Source: Planctomycetota bacterium
GTDB lineage: Bacteria > Planctomycetota > UBA8108 > SXIK01
Assembly: GCA_965223265.1 (NCBI GenBank)
Contig: OZ244999.1
Location: 2,880,001-2,944,000, forward strand
Reading direction: 5' to 3'
DNA length: 64,000 nucleotides
Positions 35,992 through 45,227 of this stretch are shown piece after piece. Positions within the stretch are counted from its first letter, which is position 1. Every line of letters begins with the position of its first letter. Below the pieces are notes generated by a model. That model searched no databases and was not told where the DNA came from. It saw only the letters and a program-made list of their open reading frames with translations. The position numbers were made by a program, and so were the translations under genes.

Positions 35992-38241
35992 CTACTCGTC
36001 GCTGGAGACAATCCATGCTGCCGCGGCGAGCGCCGCGTCGTCTCCTGTTTTGGAACTGATCTCTACGACGCCCGGGCTCCCCGCAGCGTTGTAGCATGCT
36101 GCGATCACGTCTGCAACCGAGCCTGAATTCCCACCGATCCAAAGCGGATGCGGCGCTGCCAGAGAAAGGAGGCCGGGAAGATCCCCATACTTCACGGCGC
36201 CGGGGAAGAAGTTCACGTCGCTATAGTGGCCCAAGGCGGCGAAGCGGAAATCTCCAGCGTCGATCGCCGTCTTTGCGACGGAGTCGCCCGCTTGCGTGCG
36301 CGCCGCAGCGGCGATCGGCCCAGCGCCCCGTACACCGACCACGTGGATCTCGTCTGGCTGATACGAGCTGTGAGACGCAAATGAGATGAGCGTCAGGACG
36401 TCGTGAACGCGCTGGATAAAGAGAGGGGCGTTGTAGCCGAAGGTGTAACCGGCGAATGCGCGCCTTGTTTTGACCATCGGCGTCTGAGTGAGAGGCGCGG
36501 CGCCGGCGTCGAGAAACTCGCCTTGATAGAGAAGGTCGGCGGTGAGTACTGAGCAGCCGCGGTTGAGCAAAGAGGTGATTTCCGGCCGCAGCGAGCCGGT
36601 GTCATCGTAGAGCCCAGCCTTGCCGCTACCGGTGATCCAGATCACCACTTGGCGGTTCCACTCCTTCGGGTAGAACGACAACACAGGGATCTCTTCACCC
36701 CGTGCATCGAGTCGCAGCACGTCCGCGAAACGGAAGTACTCGCCGAGGTCTTCCTTGCTCACCTTTTTGCGAGCGATCGACTTCTTGGGCGAGATTCCGC
36801 GTCCAACGATGACACCGAGTGCGCCGCCGATGACGCGTCGGTACTCCTCAAGAGAGCTGAGGTCGCGTGGTACGAGCGCGGCAATCTGTCGATTGGCGTC
36901 ACGGTCTATCCACCGTGTGAGCGACTTTTCATGATCTGGGCCGCCCGAGGGTGGTGGATGCTCCGCATCCCAGACAGTCCACTCTTGGCTTGAGAGGGGC
37001 TTGTAGTCCTCTTCCACGATTGGTTCTTTAAGCCCAAGATTCATATACTTATTGAACCAGGAATACATCAGCGCGCGAGTCACGTAGTTGTAGTTGTGCG
37101 GGAAGTGAACGAGCGATTTGCAGAAGACGTGCTCCTTGGCGCCGTAGAGTTCGTAGAGCGCCTGCAGTTGTGGATAACCTTTGGTCATCATGTCGCGAGT
37201 CCAGTCGTCCGCTGCGGTCATTCCCTGCGGCTTTGGTGCGAAAAGTGCAGCGAGTTCGACATTTCCGGTGCCAATCCGAAGGAGACTCGCGTTCTCACAT
37301 GTACAGCCGCCTTGCATCGAGGTCGACACCATGCCCTGTGGGAACGCGACGATCGGCCTTGGGTCGAGCGCTCCGATGACGATGGTCTGCGTGCCGCCGC
37401 CGCTGCCTCCGGTGACACCGACGCGTTCGGGGTCGACGTCCGGAAGGCTGCAAAGAAAGTCGAGTGCGCGCAGGGAGTTGTAGGTCTGCAGCCCGAAGAG
37501 GCTCTGCAGGCGAAGCTCGGCTTGGGTTGAGAAGAAACCCCAGCCGTCCGGCCGATCGAGTTCGGGCCGTGGATCGACGATGCGGTGTGAGTCGCGCTGA
37601 GAGATCTGGACGCTGTCAGCGTAGCCCACCATGTCGTAGATAAACGCTACGCATCCCATGCGTGCGAGTTGGGCGCAGCGAGACAGCTTGGGGAATCTGC
37701 CAGAGCCTTCGAAACGTTCGGCACCCTGCACAATGTGCTTCAGCACGCCCTCAGCGCCGAGATCTTGTAGACGGCCACCGTGACCGTGTGGGGAAAGCAC
37801 CGCAGGCCGTGGCGCCGATCCGCTCGTGGGGCGAAAGAGGAGACCGGTGACGAAGTGCCCGGGATAACTCTCGAAGAAGACTTTTTCGACCGTGAAGCCG
37901 TCTCGCTTCGTCCGCCCGTGAATGACAGAGCGTAGCGGTGTGCGTGTGGGCATCGGCCAGAGACCCGAGGAGACGAGAAGGCGGCGTCGAAGCAGCTCCG
38001 CGCGCTCTTTCCATTCCTGACGACTTTTGGGAACGATGAACGGAAAGTCGTCGTTGAGAGTTTTGAGGTGGCCGATGCGTCCATCGGCGGGTTTGACTCC
38101 CTCCGGAAAGACGCGTGGGAGCTCGGCGCTGAAGAGTCGCGCGTTGAGCCCCGCGAGCATGACGGCGCAAAGGACAATGGCTGTACTGGTGCGAGGACGA
38201 AGTTTGGGTGCGGAGATCATCGCGTTGATAGTCGCGCTCAT
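35992..38241 (-). CDS. Exported alpha/beta hydrolase (acetylxylan esterase-like, PVC type)
   Basis: VEKVFFESYPGHFVTGLLFRP, PAVLSPHGH, GVTGGSGGGTQT nucleophile elbow, MQGGCTCENA, HNYN. Confidence 0.88.
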   Translation of the reverse strand: MSATINAMISAPKLRPRTSTAIVLCAVMLAGLNARLFSAELPRVFPEGVKPADGRIGHLKTLNDDFPFIVPKSRQEWKERAELLRRRLLVSSGLWPMPTRTPLRSVIHGRTKRDGFTVEKVFFESYPGHFVTGLLFRPTSGSAPRPAVLSPHGHGGRLQDLGAEGVLKHIVQGAERFEGSGRFPKLSRCAQLARMGCVAFIYDMVGYADSVQISQRDSHRIVDPRPELDRPDGWGFFSTQAELRLQSLFGLQTYNSLRALDFLCSLPDVDPERVGVTGGSGGGTQTIVIGALDPRPIVAFPQGMVSTSMQGGCTCENASLLRIGTGNVELAALFAPKPQGMTAADDWTRDMMTKGYPQLQALYELYGAKEHVFCKSLVHFPHNYNYVTRALMYSWFNKYMNLGLKEPIVEEDYKPLSSQEWTVWDAEHPPPSGGPDHEKSLTRWIDRDANRQIAALVPRDLSSLEEYRRVIGGALGVIVGRGISPKKSIARKKVSKEDLGEYFRFADVLRLDARGEEIPVLSFYPKEWNRQVVIWITGSGKAGLYDDTGSLRPEITSLLNRGCSVLTADLLYQGEFLDAGAAPLTQTPMVKTRRAFAGYTFGYNAPLFIQRVHDVLTLISFASHSSYQPDEIHVVGVRGAGPIAAAARTQAGDSVAKTAIDAGDFRFAALGHYSDVNFFPGAVKYGDLPGLLSLAAPHPLWIGGNSGSVADVIAACYNAAGSPGVVEISSKTGDDAALAAAAWIVSSDE

Positions 38242-38450
38242 CGAGCTGCGAAAGCTCCCTCGAAGCGTGTGGATGGAGGTTCAGACCGCGTCCTTACGAT
38301 ACGAAGCGAGGGCCTACGCATCCAGCCCTCCCCGAGCGATGGCCTCGACACGGCGGCGAACATTCCGCGATCACGTGGTACCATGGGCTGAAGCGCCGAC
38401 TCCGGGGGCGAGGGCTCCCTTTCCGCTCGAATCGAAAGTGGGTGAAAACT

Positions 38451-40172
38451 ATGTGTCGACCGCGACCCGTTGCGCTCCTGCTGTTTTTGTTGTCACTTTC
38501 CTCGATCGCCGGGCTTGAAGCTGGAGGAGCTGCCTCCTCCGAGGACAAACCGACTCAGCGGCAAATTCGCGAGGAGTTGGGTCGACTAGAGCAGGCGATC
38601 AAGCGCGGCGAGGAAAACGAGATCTCCTCCGCTCTCAAAGCGATCGCGCGAGGTGGGGGTGTCGAGCGCCTCGCCGCACTTATGAAGTGGGCGAAAAGAG
38701 TGTCCGCGAATCAGCAGACCGTTTACTGGACGCTCATCCGTGGCATCGGGAGCTTTCGTGATCGCCCCTCGCTCGAGCACCTTGGCAAGGCGATTCTGAA
38801 GGACAAGAAAGGGGTGTTGGGGCGCGACGCTCTGTACGCCTTGACGCGCAACTCGTCGCGATTCAGGGTGTACGCTTTCGGGCCAGTATTGCAGCAGGGT
38901 GCGCAAAGCCTGAAGGAGCTCGCAGCCGAAGGACTGGGGAGCGTCAAGTCACCGGTCGCAGTCGACTACTTGGTCGAAGCCCTGCTGGTGGAGTACGACC
39001 GCGAAAAAGAAGAGCAGAGCACGTTGGCGCATCTGATCGTCGAAAGTCTGACGCGATTGACTGGGAAGACGTTTGGCTTCGCTACCTTGAACTGGCAGAG
39101 CTGGTGGAAGAAGAACCGTGACCGACGCTTGCGCGGTGCGTCCAAATCGGGCGGCGGGTCGAAGACTTCTACAGGAACTGCTGTCGATTACCTTGATCGC
39201 GAACGACGCAAGCGATTTGTCGGCGTCGAGAAGGCACCCAAGAGAGCGGTCGTCGTCTTAAGCGCGACGTTTTCCAAAAAAGCTGAAATCGACCTCAACA
39301 ACGACTACATCGAGGTTGCCCTCGAATCCATGGGCGTGCCGCACACCGTTGTACCTCGCGACGAGTTCCTTCGCTTTGATCTATCAAAGACCGGTGCAGT
39401 GTTGATCAACTGCGCGCAGTTCCATCGCCTCTGCATATGTCCCGATTGCAAACAATCAGGAGGGATCAAGAATCGCTTGCGAGAGTGCTCCGGGTGCAAT
39501 CGACATATTCCATTCTTTCCACGCCTGAGCAGCCAGCATGTGAAAAAGCTGAAAACGTTTGTCGCCGGCGGTGGGTTTGTCTTTTGTGAAGACTGGTCGG
39601 TCAAAGAATTCCTCGAGAACGCCTACCCCAAGTACGTTACCAGCGGTGAGAAACTGCGGCGGACGAAGGCCGGTGCGATCAACCTTGACGACGAGCCGAC
39701 GTACCTCAAGAGTTTTTCAGTCGATGTGTTCCCGGCGCGCGGCCAAGCGACGCATCCGTATTTGCGCGGTGTGTTCGCTGGCGATCGGTCTGTCCGGCGC
39801 AAGAAAAAGCTCGTCAAACTGAACTATGAATGGCTCGTCGATGATGAGAGTTTCGCGCTAAAGGTTCACAACAAGTCGCGAGTTGTGCCGCTTCTTGTGA
39901 GCCCCGATCTAGAGGAAGACGTGGGAGACGACTCGCTCGTCGCCTTGGCTTTTCGGCCAGGCAGCAAGGTCCCACCAGGGCGGTTTACTGGGGGTGGCAA
40001 GCTCCCTGGCGTCGTCATGCAGGTGCTGAGCCATTTCGGTCACCAGGAAAGCGTGCTCGACCAGCACAGCATTCAGAACCTGCTCTTGAACTTCCTCATC
40101 GACGCAAACGTCGAGACGCGCTACCGAACAGGTCTTCGCGAGGAAGAAGAGGACGGCGGAGACGAATCTTGA
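38451..40172 (+). CDS. Exported HEAT-repeat protein with a C-terminal GATase-like/unknown domain carrying a Cys-rich insert
   Basis: Signal peptide; HEAT-like helices; LTRLTGKTFG...WQSWWKKN; AVLINC, CICPDC...CSGCNRH, LKTFVAGGGFVFCEDW, VLSHFGHQ. Confidence 0.75.
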   Translation: MCRPRPVALLLFLLSLSSIAGLEAGGAASSEDKPTQRQIREELGRLEQAIKRGEENEISSALKAIARGGGVERLAALMKWAKRVSANQQTVYWTLIRGIGSFRDRPSLEHLGKAILKDKKGVLGRDALYALTRNSSRFRVYAFGPVLQQGAQSLKELAAEGLGSVKSPVAVDYLVEALLVEYDREKEEQSTLAHLIVESLTRLTGKTFGFATLNWQSWWKKNRDRRLRGASKSGGGSKTSTGTAVDYLDRERRKRFVGVEKAPKRAVVVLSATFSKKAEIDLNNDYIEVALESMGVPHTVVPRDEFLRFDLSKTGAVLINCAQFHRLCICPDCKQSGGIKNRLRECSGCNRHIPFFPRLSSQHVKKLKTFVAGGGFVFCEDWSVKEFLENAYPKYVTSGEKLRRTKAGAINLDDEPTYLKSFSVDVFPARGQATHPYLRGVFAGDRSVRRKKKLVKLNYEWLVDDESFALKVHNKSRVVPLLVSPDLEEDVGDDSLVALAFRPGSKVPPGRFTGGGKLPGVVMQVLSHFGHQESVLDQHSIQNLLLNFLIDANVETRYRTGLREEEEDGGDES

Positions 40173-40174
40173 GG

Positions 40175-41299
40175 CTAGTCCGCGTCAGCTGCGACTGCTT
40201 CGGCTTGGCAGCGTCGGACTTCTTCGACAAGCTCCTGAACTTCTGGCCATTCTGGATTCGCGCAGCGTTCAAGGACGCGGAGCGCATCTTCGAACGATCC
40301 GGAGCTTAAGAGAAGGCTGGCCAGGTGCAGCGTTGGCGCGTTGTAGCCGGGGTTGAGCTCGACGACACGGCGCAGCTCGGTAACTGCTTGCTCCCTTTCT
40401 GCACCATCGACAAGCAGAAGAGCCAGGTAGTAGCGATAGTCCGGGTACAGGGGGCGCAGAACCACTGCCTGATGCAAACAACGCTTTGCTTCGTCGAATC
40501 GATCGTGATCAGCGTGAATGAATCCCAACTCGACGTACGCTTCACTGCAGAGCCCGTCGACCGTGATGGCGGCTTGGTGCCAGCGGACCGCTTCATCCCA
40601 TCTCGACTGCGTCTGTAGGAACCTCCCCATGTGGTTCATAAGCTGTGTATGCCCCACGGTCCTTGCGTTCGCGTCGAGGAGTACGGATTCAGCGGCTTTG
40701 ACGTCACCTTGGTTGCTGAGTGCATTGGCGTCGAGAATCGATCTTTTGACGGCGAAGGGGTTCGACCATGTCTTGCAAGCCTGCAAATCGACGGCTGCGA
40801 AGAACTCGCGATCGACCTCAAGTTCGCAAGCTAGTTTGTCGTGAAGCGCGGCAATCTGCTCGAGCCGAGCCTTGACAGCGTTTACTTCGCCGGCCTGGTC
40901 CATGGCAGCGGCCACATGGGCAAGAACGTAGGGGGCGTTGGGGCGGATCCTTTGCGCCCGTACGAGTTGGGCGATGCCAGACGACGTCCAGCCGTGCCGC
41001 ATACAGAAGACACCAAGAGGAAAAATGACATTGAAGTCATCGAGATTGCTCACGCGGAGACGGCGGAATTCGTTGATGCTCGAGGCCGTCTTTCCTGCTT
41101 CGGCCAGGGTGAAGCAGCGCGAAATCGCAGGGTCGAGGTAGCGAGGATTGAGGTCGTTGGCTTTTGTAAAAGCCATGAGAGCGTCGTCGTAGCGCTCAAG
41201 CGCAGAGAATGTGAGGCCCAAATGGTACCACGCATCGGGGTACTGAGAGTCGAATCGCGCTGCGTCGCGTACTTGTCTCTCGTAGATCTCGCGGTTCAT
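40175..41299 (-). CDS. Tetratricopeptide repeat protein
   Basis: YPDAWYHLGLTFSALERYDDALMAFTKANDLNP and YPDYRYYLALLL...LRRVVELNPGY repeats. Confidence 0.88.
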   Translation of the reverse strand: MNREIYERQVRDAARFDSQYPDAWYHLGLTFSALERYDDALMAFTKANDLNPRYLDPAISRCFTLAEAGKTASSINEFRRLRVSNLDDFNVIFPLGVFCMRHGWTSSGIAQLVRAQRIRPNAPYVLAHVAAAMDQAGEVNAVKARLEQIAALHDKLACELEVDREFFAAVDLQACKTWSNPFAVKRSILDANALSNQGDVKAAESVLLDANARTVGHTQLMNHMGRFLQTQSRWDEAVRWHQAAITVDGLCSEAYVELGFIHADHDRFDEAKRCLHQAVVLRPLYPDYRYYLALLLVDGAEREQAVTELRRVVELNPGYNAPTLHLASLLLSSGSFEDALRVLERCANPEWPEVQELVEEVRRCQAEAVAADAD

Positions 41300-41667
41300 C
41301 GTTGCGCCTCTTTTTTCTCCTCTTGGTTCTCACGCTCCTCTATCTCCAGGGTCTGCTGCGCCTCGTCGCAAGCATTGACCGCTGACGCGCGTTTCGTGTT
41401 CTCCCACTCTCCGGTCGGACTGCGGCGCCACGACGCGAAATCGAAGAACACTTGGCGGACCGCGGGTATCCGGCGCACCTCGCACTCCAGAGTCTGAAGA
41501 CGCTTTTCATCGATCACGTGGACGCTCGAATCGCCCAGCTGGACTAAGTCGCCGCTGACGCGAACCGTGCCGCGGAAGGAAGAGATCCGGATCTTTTGCA
41601 CGTCAATCCAGTGCCGCGCGAAGACAGATCTCGTTCTCGAATTGATTTGGAAATCTGAGACCGACAC
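41296..41667 (-). CDS. Small hypothetical protein, BON-like
   Basis: SDFQINSRTRSVF...IRISSFRGTVRVSG...EVRRIPAVRQV resembles BON topology; ATGA-coupled to the TPR gene. Confidence 0.6.
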   Translation of the reverse strand: MSVSDFQINSRTRSVFARHWIDVQKIRISSFRGTVRVSGDLVQLGDSSVHVIDEKRLQTLECEVRRIPAVRQVFFDFASWRRSPTGEWENTKRASAVNACDEAQQTLEIEERENQEEKKEAQR

Positions 41668-42034
41668 GTCGTACCGCCGAGGAGTTAGAGTGTAGGTGTG
41701 TTCCCGCGAGCTGCTGAAATCGATCGCTCGTGAGAAGCGTACGACGTGTCGGTCTCCGCGGCGAGCGATCTACGCCCGATTCGTAGATTGTGAGAGGTTA
41801 TCGTCGAGATCGAGGAGCATTATCGACGCGAAACGCCGAACTCGAGGTGAGTCGAAGTCCTATTGCAAAAGGCGACTAGTCCGCATTTCTCACAAGATTT
41901 CGTAGCGAGGTGTCGCGAGTCGTGTCGTGGCAAGGAAGGCCTTGCGATTCGACCGTTGAGTCCGACCGAGGAGGGAGGACGAAAGCGCGACTTATGGTGC
42001 CGCAGTAGGAATTTCGTGAGAAATGCGGACTCGG

Positions 42035-43321
42035 CTACCAGTAGCGCATCGCGTCGCGAAACATCGCTGTGAGGTCCTTCGCTTCAGCAGCGCGGGGCGA
42101 GAGCTTTGTGACGCGGTGCTGCGGTAGGGTACCTTCCACAAGTGACGGAATATCTCGCTCCTCATAGCCGATCGCGCCTAATCCATTGGGGAGTTCGAGT
42201 CGGCGCATCAGTTCGATGATCTTCGTAGCGAGTAGCTCACCGGCATCGGCAAGCGGGACCTGATTCGTATCCGCCCCAAGAGCTGCCGCTGCTTCCAGAT
42301 GGCGTTCGGCACACGCCGGGGCGGTGTAGCGGAACACTGCAGGCGCGTTCAAGATGACCGAGATTCCATGCGGCACGATCGAGTGGTCGGTGGGGTAGCC
42401 GGGTGGATGGAAATCACGGACCAAGCCTGAAACCGGATACGACATTCCATGGCAAAGGTGGACACCGGCGTTGCCAAACCCGACCCCGGCGTAGGCGGCG
42501 GCGAGAAGCATCTGTCCACGGGCCTCTTCGTCCTCGGGCGACTCGACGGCGCGGACAAGATAGCGGCGAACGATGCGAAGCGCCTCCAGCGACCAAAGGT
42601 CGCTCATTGGGTTGGATCCCTGATAGGCCGGGCGTTCGATTGGTCGGGCAGGCCGGGGGCGCGTGTCGAATCTTCGTGCGGTGTACGATTCGATCGCATG
42701 AGCCAGAACGTCCAGCCCGCCGGACGCGGCAACGAGCTTCGGCATACTCCGCGTGTTTTCGGGATCGACGACACCAAGCAGCGGTTTCAGATAGCGGTGT
42801 GCGATTCCTGTCTTGGCGTGCAGTGGCGAGTAGTCGAAGATTGCGACACCCGTTGTCTCGCTGCCCGTACCGGCGGTCGTCGGTACCGCGATCAGTGGCG
42901 GCAGCGGACCGGGAACGGGCTTTCCTTTGCCGATGGGAGCGTTGACGTAGTCGAGAAAGTCGGCGGGATACACTGAATAGAGATTCGCCGCCTTGGCAGT
43001 GTCGATCGAGGACCCCCCGCCGACAGCGATGAACGCATCGAACCCGCCTGCGCGGGCGACTTCGATTGCATCCTGGAAGGATTGATCTGTCGGCTCAATG
43101 CGGACGCGATCGTACACCTCGAAATCGAGCCCCTCGGTCGAAAGCGAGGCCGTGACTTTCTCTACCGGCGATAACTTCGCAACTCGTGAATCCGTTACCA
43201 CGAGGACTCGGCGACTGCCTAAGTCGCGCAGGTCCATGCCGACTTCGCGAGTGACGCCCGGGCCGTAGCGGATACTCGACGTCGCCATCTCGAACGCGGT
43301 GTCATTGGTCATCCTGTTCAC
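42035..43321 (-). CDS. Hydroxyacid-oxoacid transhydrogenase (iron-containing ADH, ADHFE1/HOT family)
   Basis: AFEMATSSIRYGPGVTREVGMD, GGGSSIDTAKAAN, PTTAGTGSETTG, RPAYQGSNP, GNAGVHLCHGMSYP, TLPQHRVTKLSP. Confidence 0.92.
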   Translation of the reverse strand: MNRMTNDTAFEMATSSIRYGPGVTREVGMDLRDLGSRRVLVVTDSRVAKLSPVEKVTASLSTEGLDFEVYDRVRIEPTDQSFQDAIEVARAGGFDAFIAVGGGSSIDTAKAANLYSVYPADFLDYVNAPIGKGKPVPGPLPPLIAVPTTAGTGSETTGVAIFDYSPLHAKTGIAHRYLKPLLGVVDPENTRSMPKLVAASGGLDVLAHAIESYTARRFDTRPRPARPIERPAYQGSNPMSDLWSLEALRIVRRYLVRAVESPEDEEARGQMLLAAAYAGVGFGNAGVHLCHGMSYPVSGLVRDFHPPGYPTDHSIVPHGISVILNAPAVFRYTAPACAERHLEAAAALGADTNQVPLADAGELLATKIIELMRRLELPNGLGAIGYEERDIPSLVEGTLPQHRVTKLSPRAAEAKDLTAMFRDAMRYW

Positions 43322-43637
43322 TCCGAGTCACGTGGCAATCGTTGAGGTTTTTGTCTGCTGTCAGGTTTCAGCTGAACGAGGGAAAACACCCAGCAACCAC
43401 GCCGCGGCTCCCGGCGCTCACTGGTTGAACACTCCCCTTGCCACATGATGCCTCGACTGAGTGACGATGGGTACCTCTTCCTTGGAGCTCGTAAAGTGAC
43501 GCGCGCGGTCGCTAGGGGCGTTTCTGTGCTGTGGCACTATTGACTGAGAGGTCTCTGTGTGATTTTTTGACGGTTTGACGGCGCAAAAGTCTTTTTTCGT
43601 GCCAGCGCCGTGACGACGCAAACGAACAGCCAACCGC

Positions 43638-44912
43638 ATGAACAGATCCGGATCGCCCCGTTCACACTCGCAATCGACACTAGCCGACCTTCTTGGGCCG
43701 CATGCATTGCGCGCGTGGGCTTTTGCGGTAGTGCTGGCTTGGTCGGGCATCATGGGCTGCACGGGGACGCGTCAGGGTCCCACAGGTGGGGGGCGCGAGT
43801 CAGTACTGTCCGCCGACGACTTGTTGGTTTACTTCGGCACGTACACTCGTGGCGATAGCAAGAGTGAAGGGGTCTACATCTACGCGTTTGACGTCGCGAG
43901 CGGTTCTCTCAATCAACTCGGCGTTGCAGCTGTCGACGACAGCCCATCGTTTGTTGCGATTCACCCTACCGGACAGTACCTGTATGCCGTCAATGAGATT
44001 GCCGAATTCGAAGGCAAGAAGAGCGGTACTGTGAGCTCCTTCTCCATCGACTCGGGCACCGGCATGCTAACGTTCTTGAATCGGCAACTTTCAGGCGGTA
44101 GCGGGCCGTGCCATCTCGTCGTCGATGGCTCGGGTCGATCCGTCCTGGTGGCAAATTACGGCGGCGGGAGCGTAGCGGCTCTGCCGATCCGAGAGGACGG
44201 TAGCCTTGGAGATGCAACGTCGTTCATTCAGCACGAGGGCTCCAGTATCACCCCTCGCCAGCGCGGACCACACGCACACTCAATCAACGTCGACAACTCC
44301 AATCGTATGGTGGCTGTGGCCGACCTTGGACTCGATCAGGTGCTGCTGTATCGCTTCGATTCCGAGATCGGGCGGATGACGCGAAATCATCCGGCGTTCG
44401 TCGCTTTGGAGCCGGGCGCCGGGCCGCGTCACTTCGCGTTTCATCCGAATGGGACGAACGCCTATGTCATCAATGAGCTCGACTCGACGGTCACCGTTTT
44501 TTCCTACGATCAGATCGCCGGATCACTGACCCCGCGGCAGACGGTCGTCACGTTGCCGCCAGACTTCGTCGGCGAGAACTCAACTGCGGAGATTCAGGTC
44601 CATCCGAGCGGACGTTTTGTGTACGGTTCCAATCGTGGTCACGACAGCATCGTCGTTTTTCGTGTCGTTCCTGCGACCGGCGAGTTGATTCGCGTTGAGA
44701 ACGAGCCGACGTTGGGAGCCACGCCACGAAACTTTGGGATCGATCCGTCAGGGCGGTTCCTTTTGGCTGCGAACCAAGGGAGTGACTCGGTGGTCGTTTT
44801 TCGGATCGACGAAACCTCTGGCGAGCTCACTCCGACTGGAGAGCGTGCGTCGTTGCCGTCCCCTGTGTGCGTCAAGTTTCTAGATCGATCGACCGTTCCG
44901 GCGAAGCGATAA
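43638..44912 (+). CDS. pgl: 6-phosphogluconolactonase-like lactonase (7-bladed propeller), exported
   Basis: VYFGTYT, YLYAVNE, GPCH, VANYGGG, PHAH, ADLGLD, GAGPRH, SNRGHDSI, PRNF. Confidence 0.85.
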   Translation: MNRSGSPRSHSQSTLADLLGPHALRAWAFAVVLAWSGIMGCTGTRQGPTGGGRESVLSADDLLVYFGTYTRGDSKSEGVYIYAFDVASGSLNQLGVAAVDDSPSFVAIHPTGQYLYAVNEIAEFEGKKSGTVSSFSIDSGTGMLTFLNRQLSGGSGPCHLVVDGSGRSVLVANYGGGSVAALPIREDGSLGDATSFIQHEGSSITPRQRGPHAHSINVDNSNRMVAVADLGLDQVLLYRFDSEIGRMTRNHPAFVALEPGAGPRHFAFHPNGTNAYVINELDSTVTVFSYDQIAGSLTPRQTVVTLPPDFVGENSTAEIQVHPSGRFVYGSNRGHDSIVVFRVVPATGELIRVENEPTLGATPRNFGIDPSGRFLLAANQGSDSVVVFRIDETSGELTPTGERASLPSPVCVKFLDRSTVPAKR

Positions 44913-45227
44913 TGCAGCTCAGAGGGAGATCTCAGAGCGTAGATCTTTGCGCCAACGGTCCGGCTGTGCTGTTGCGAGGATCCCGATCGATGAGTGGCCA
45001 GCACACGCCGGCCCGAGATGAAAACAACGCCCGCAAGAGGTAGACGACCTCGTGCGGGCGTTGAGTAAAAGAGAGCGGAAGTCCGCGGGAGGATGGGGGA
45101 GTACGTCTGGAGCCAACGTGAGCAATCACCTGACCCACATCGCTTTCCTCCGCTCTCTTCAGTTGGTTCACGCTGAGTTTCTGCTGTGGCTTGCCTCCTT
45201 TACGTTTCGAATACGACGTTTCCGTTC

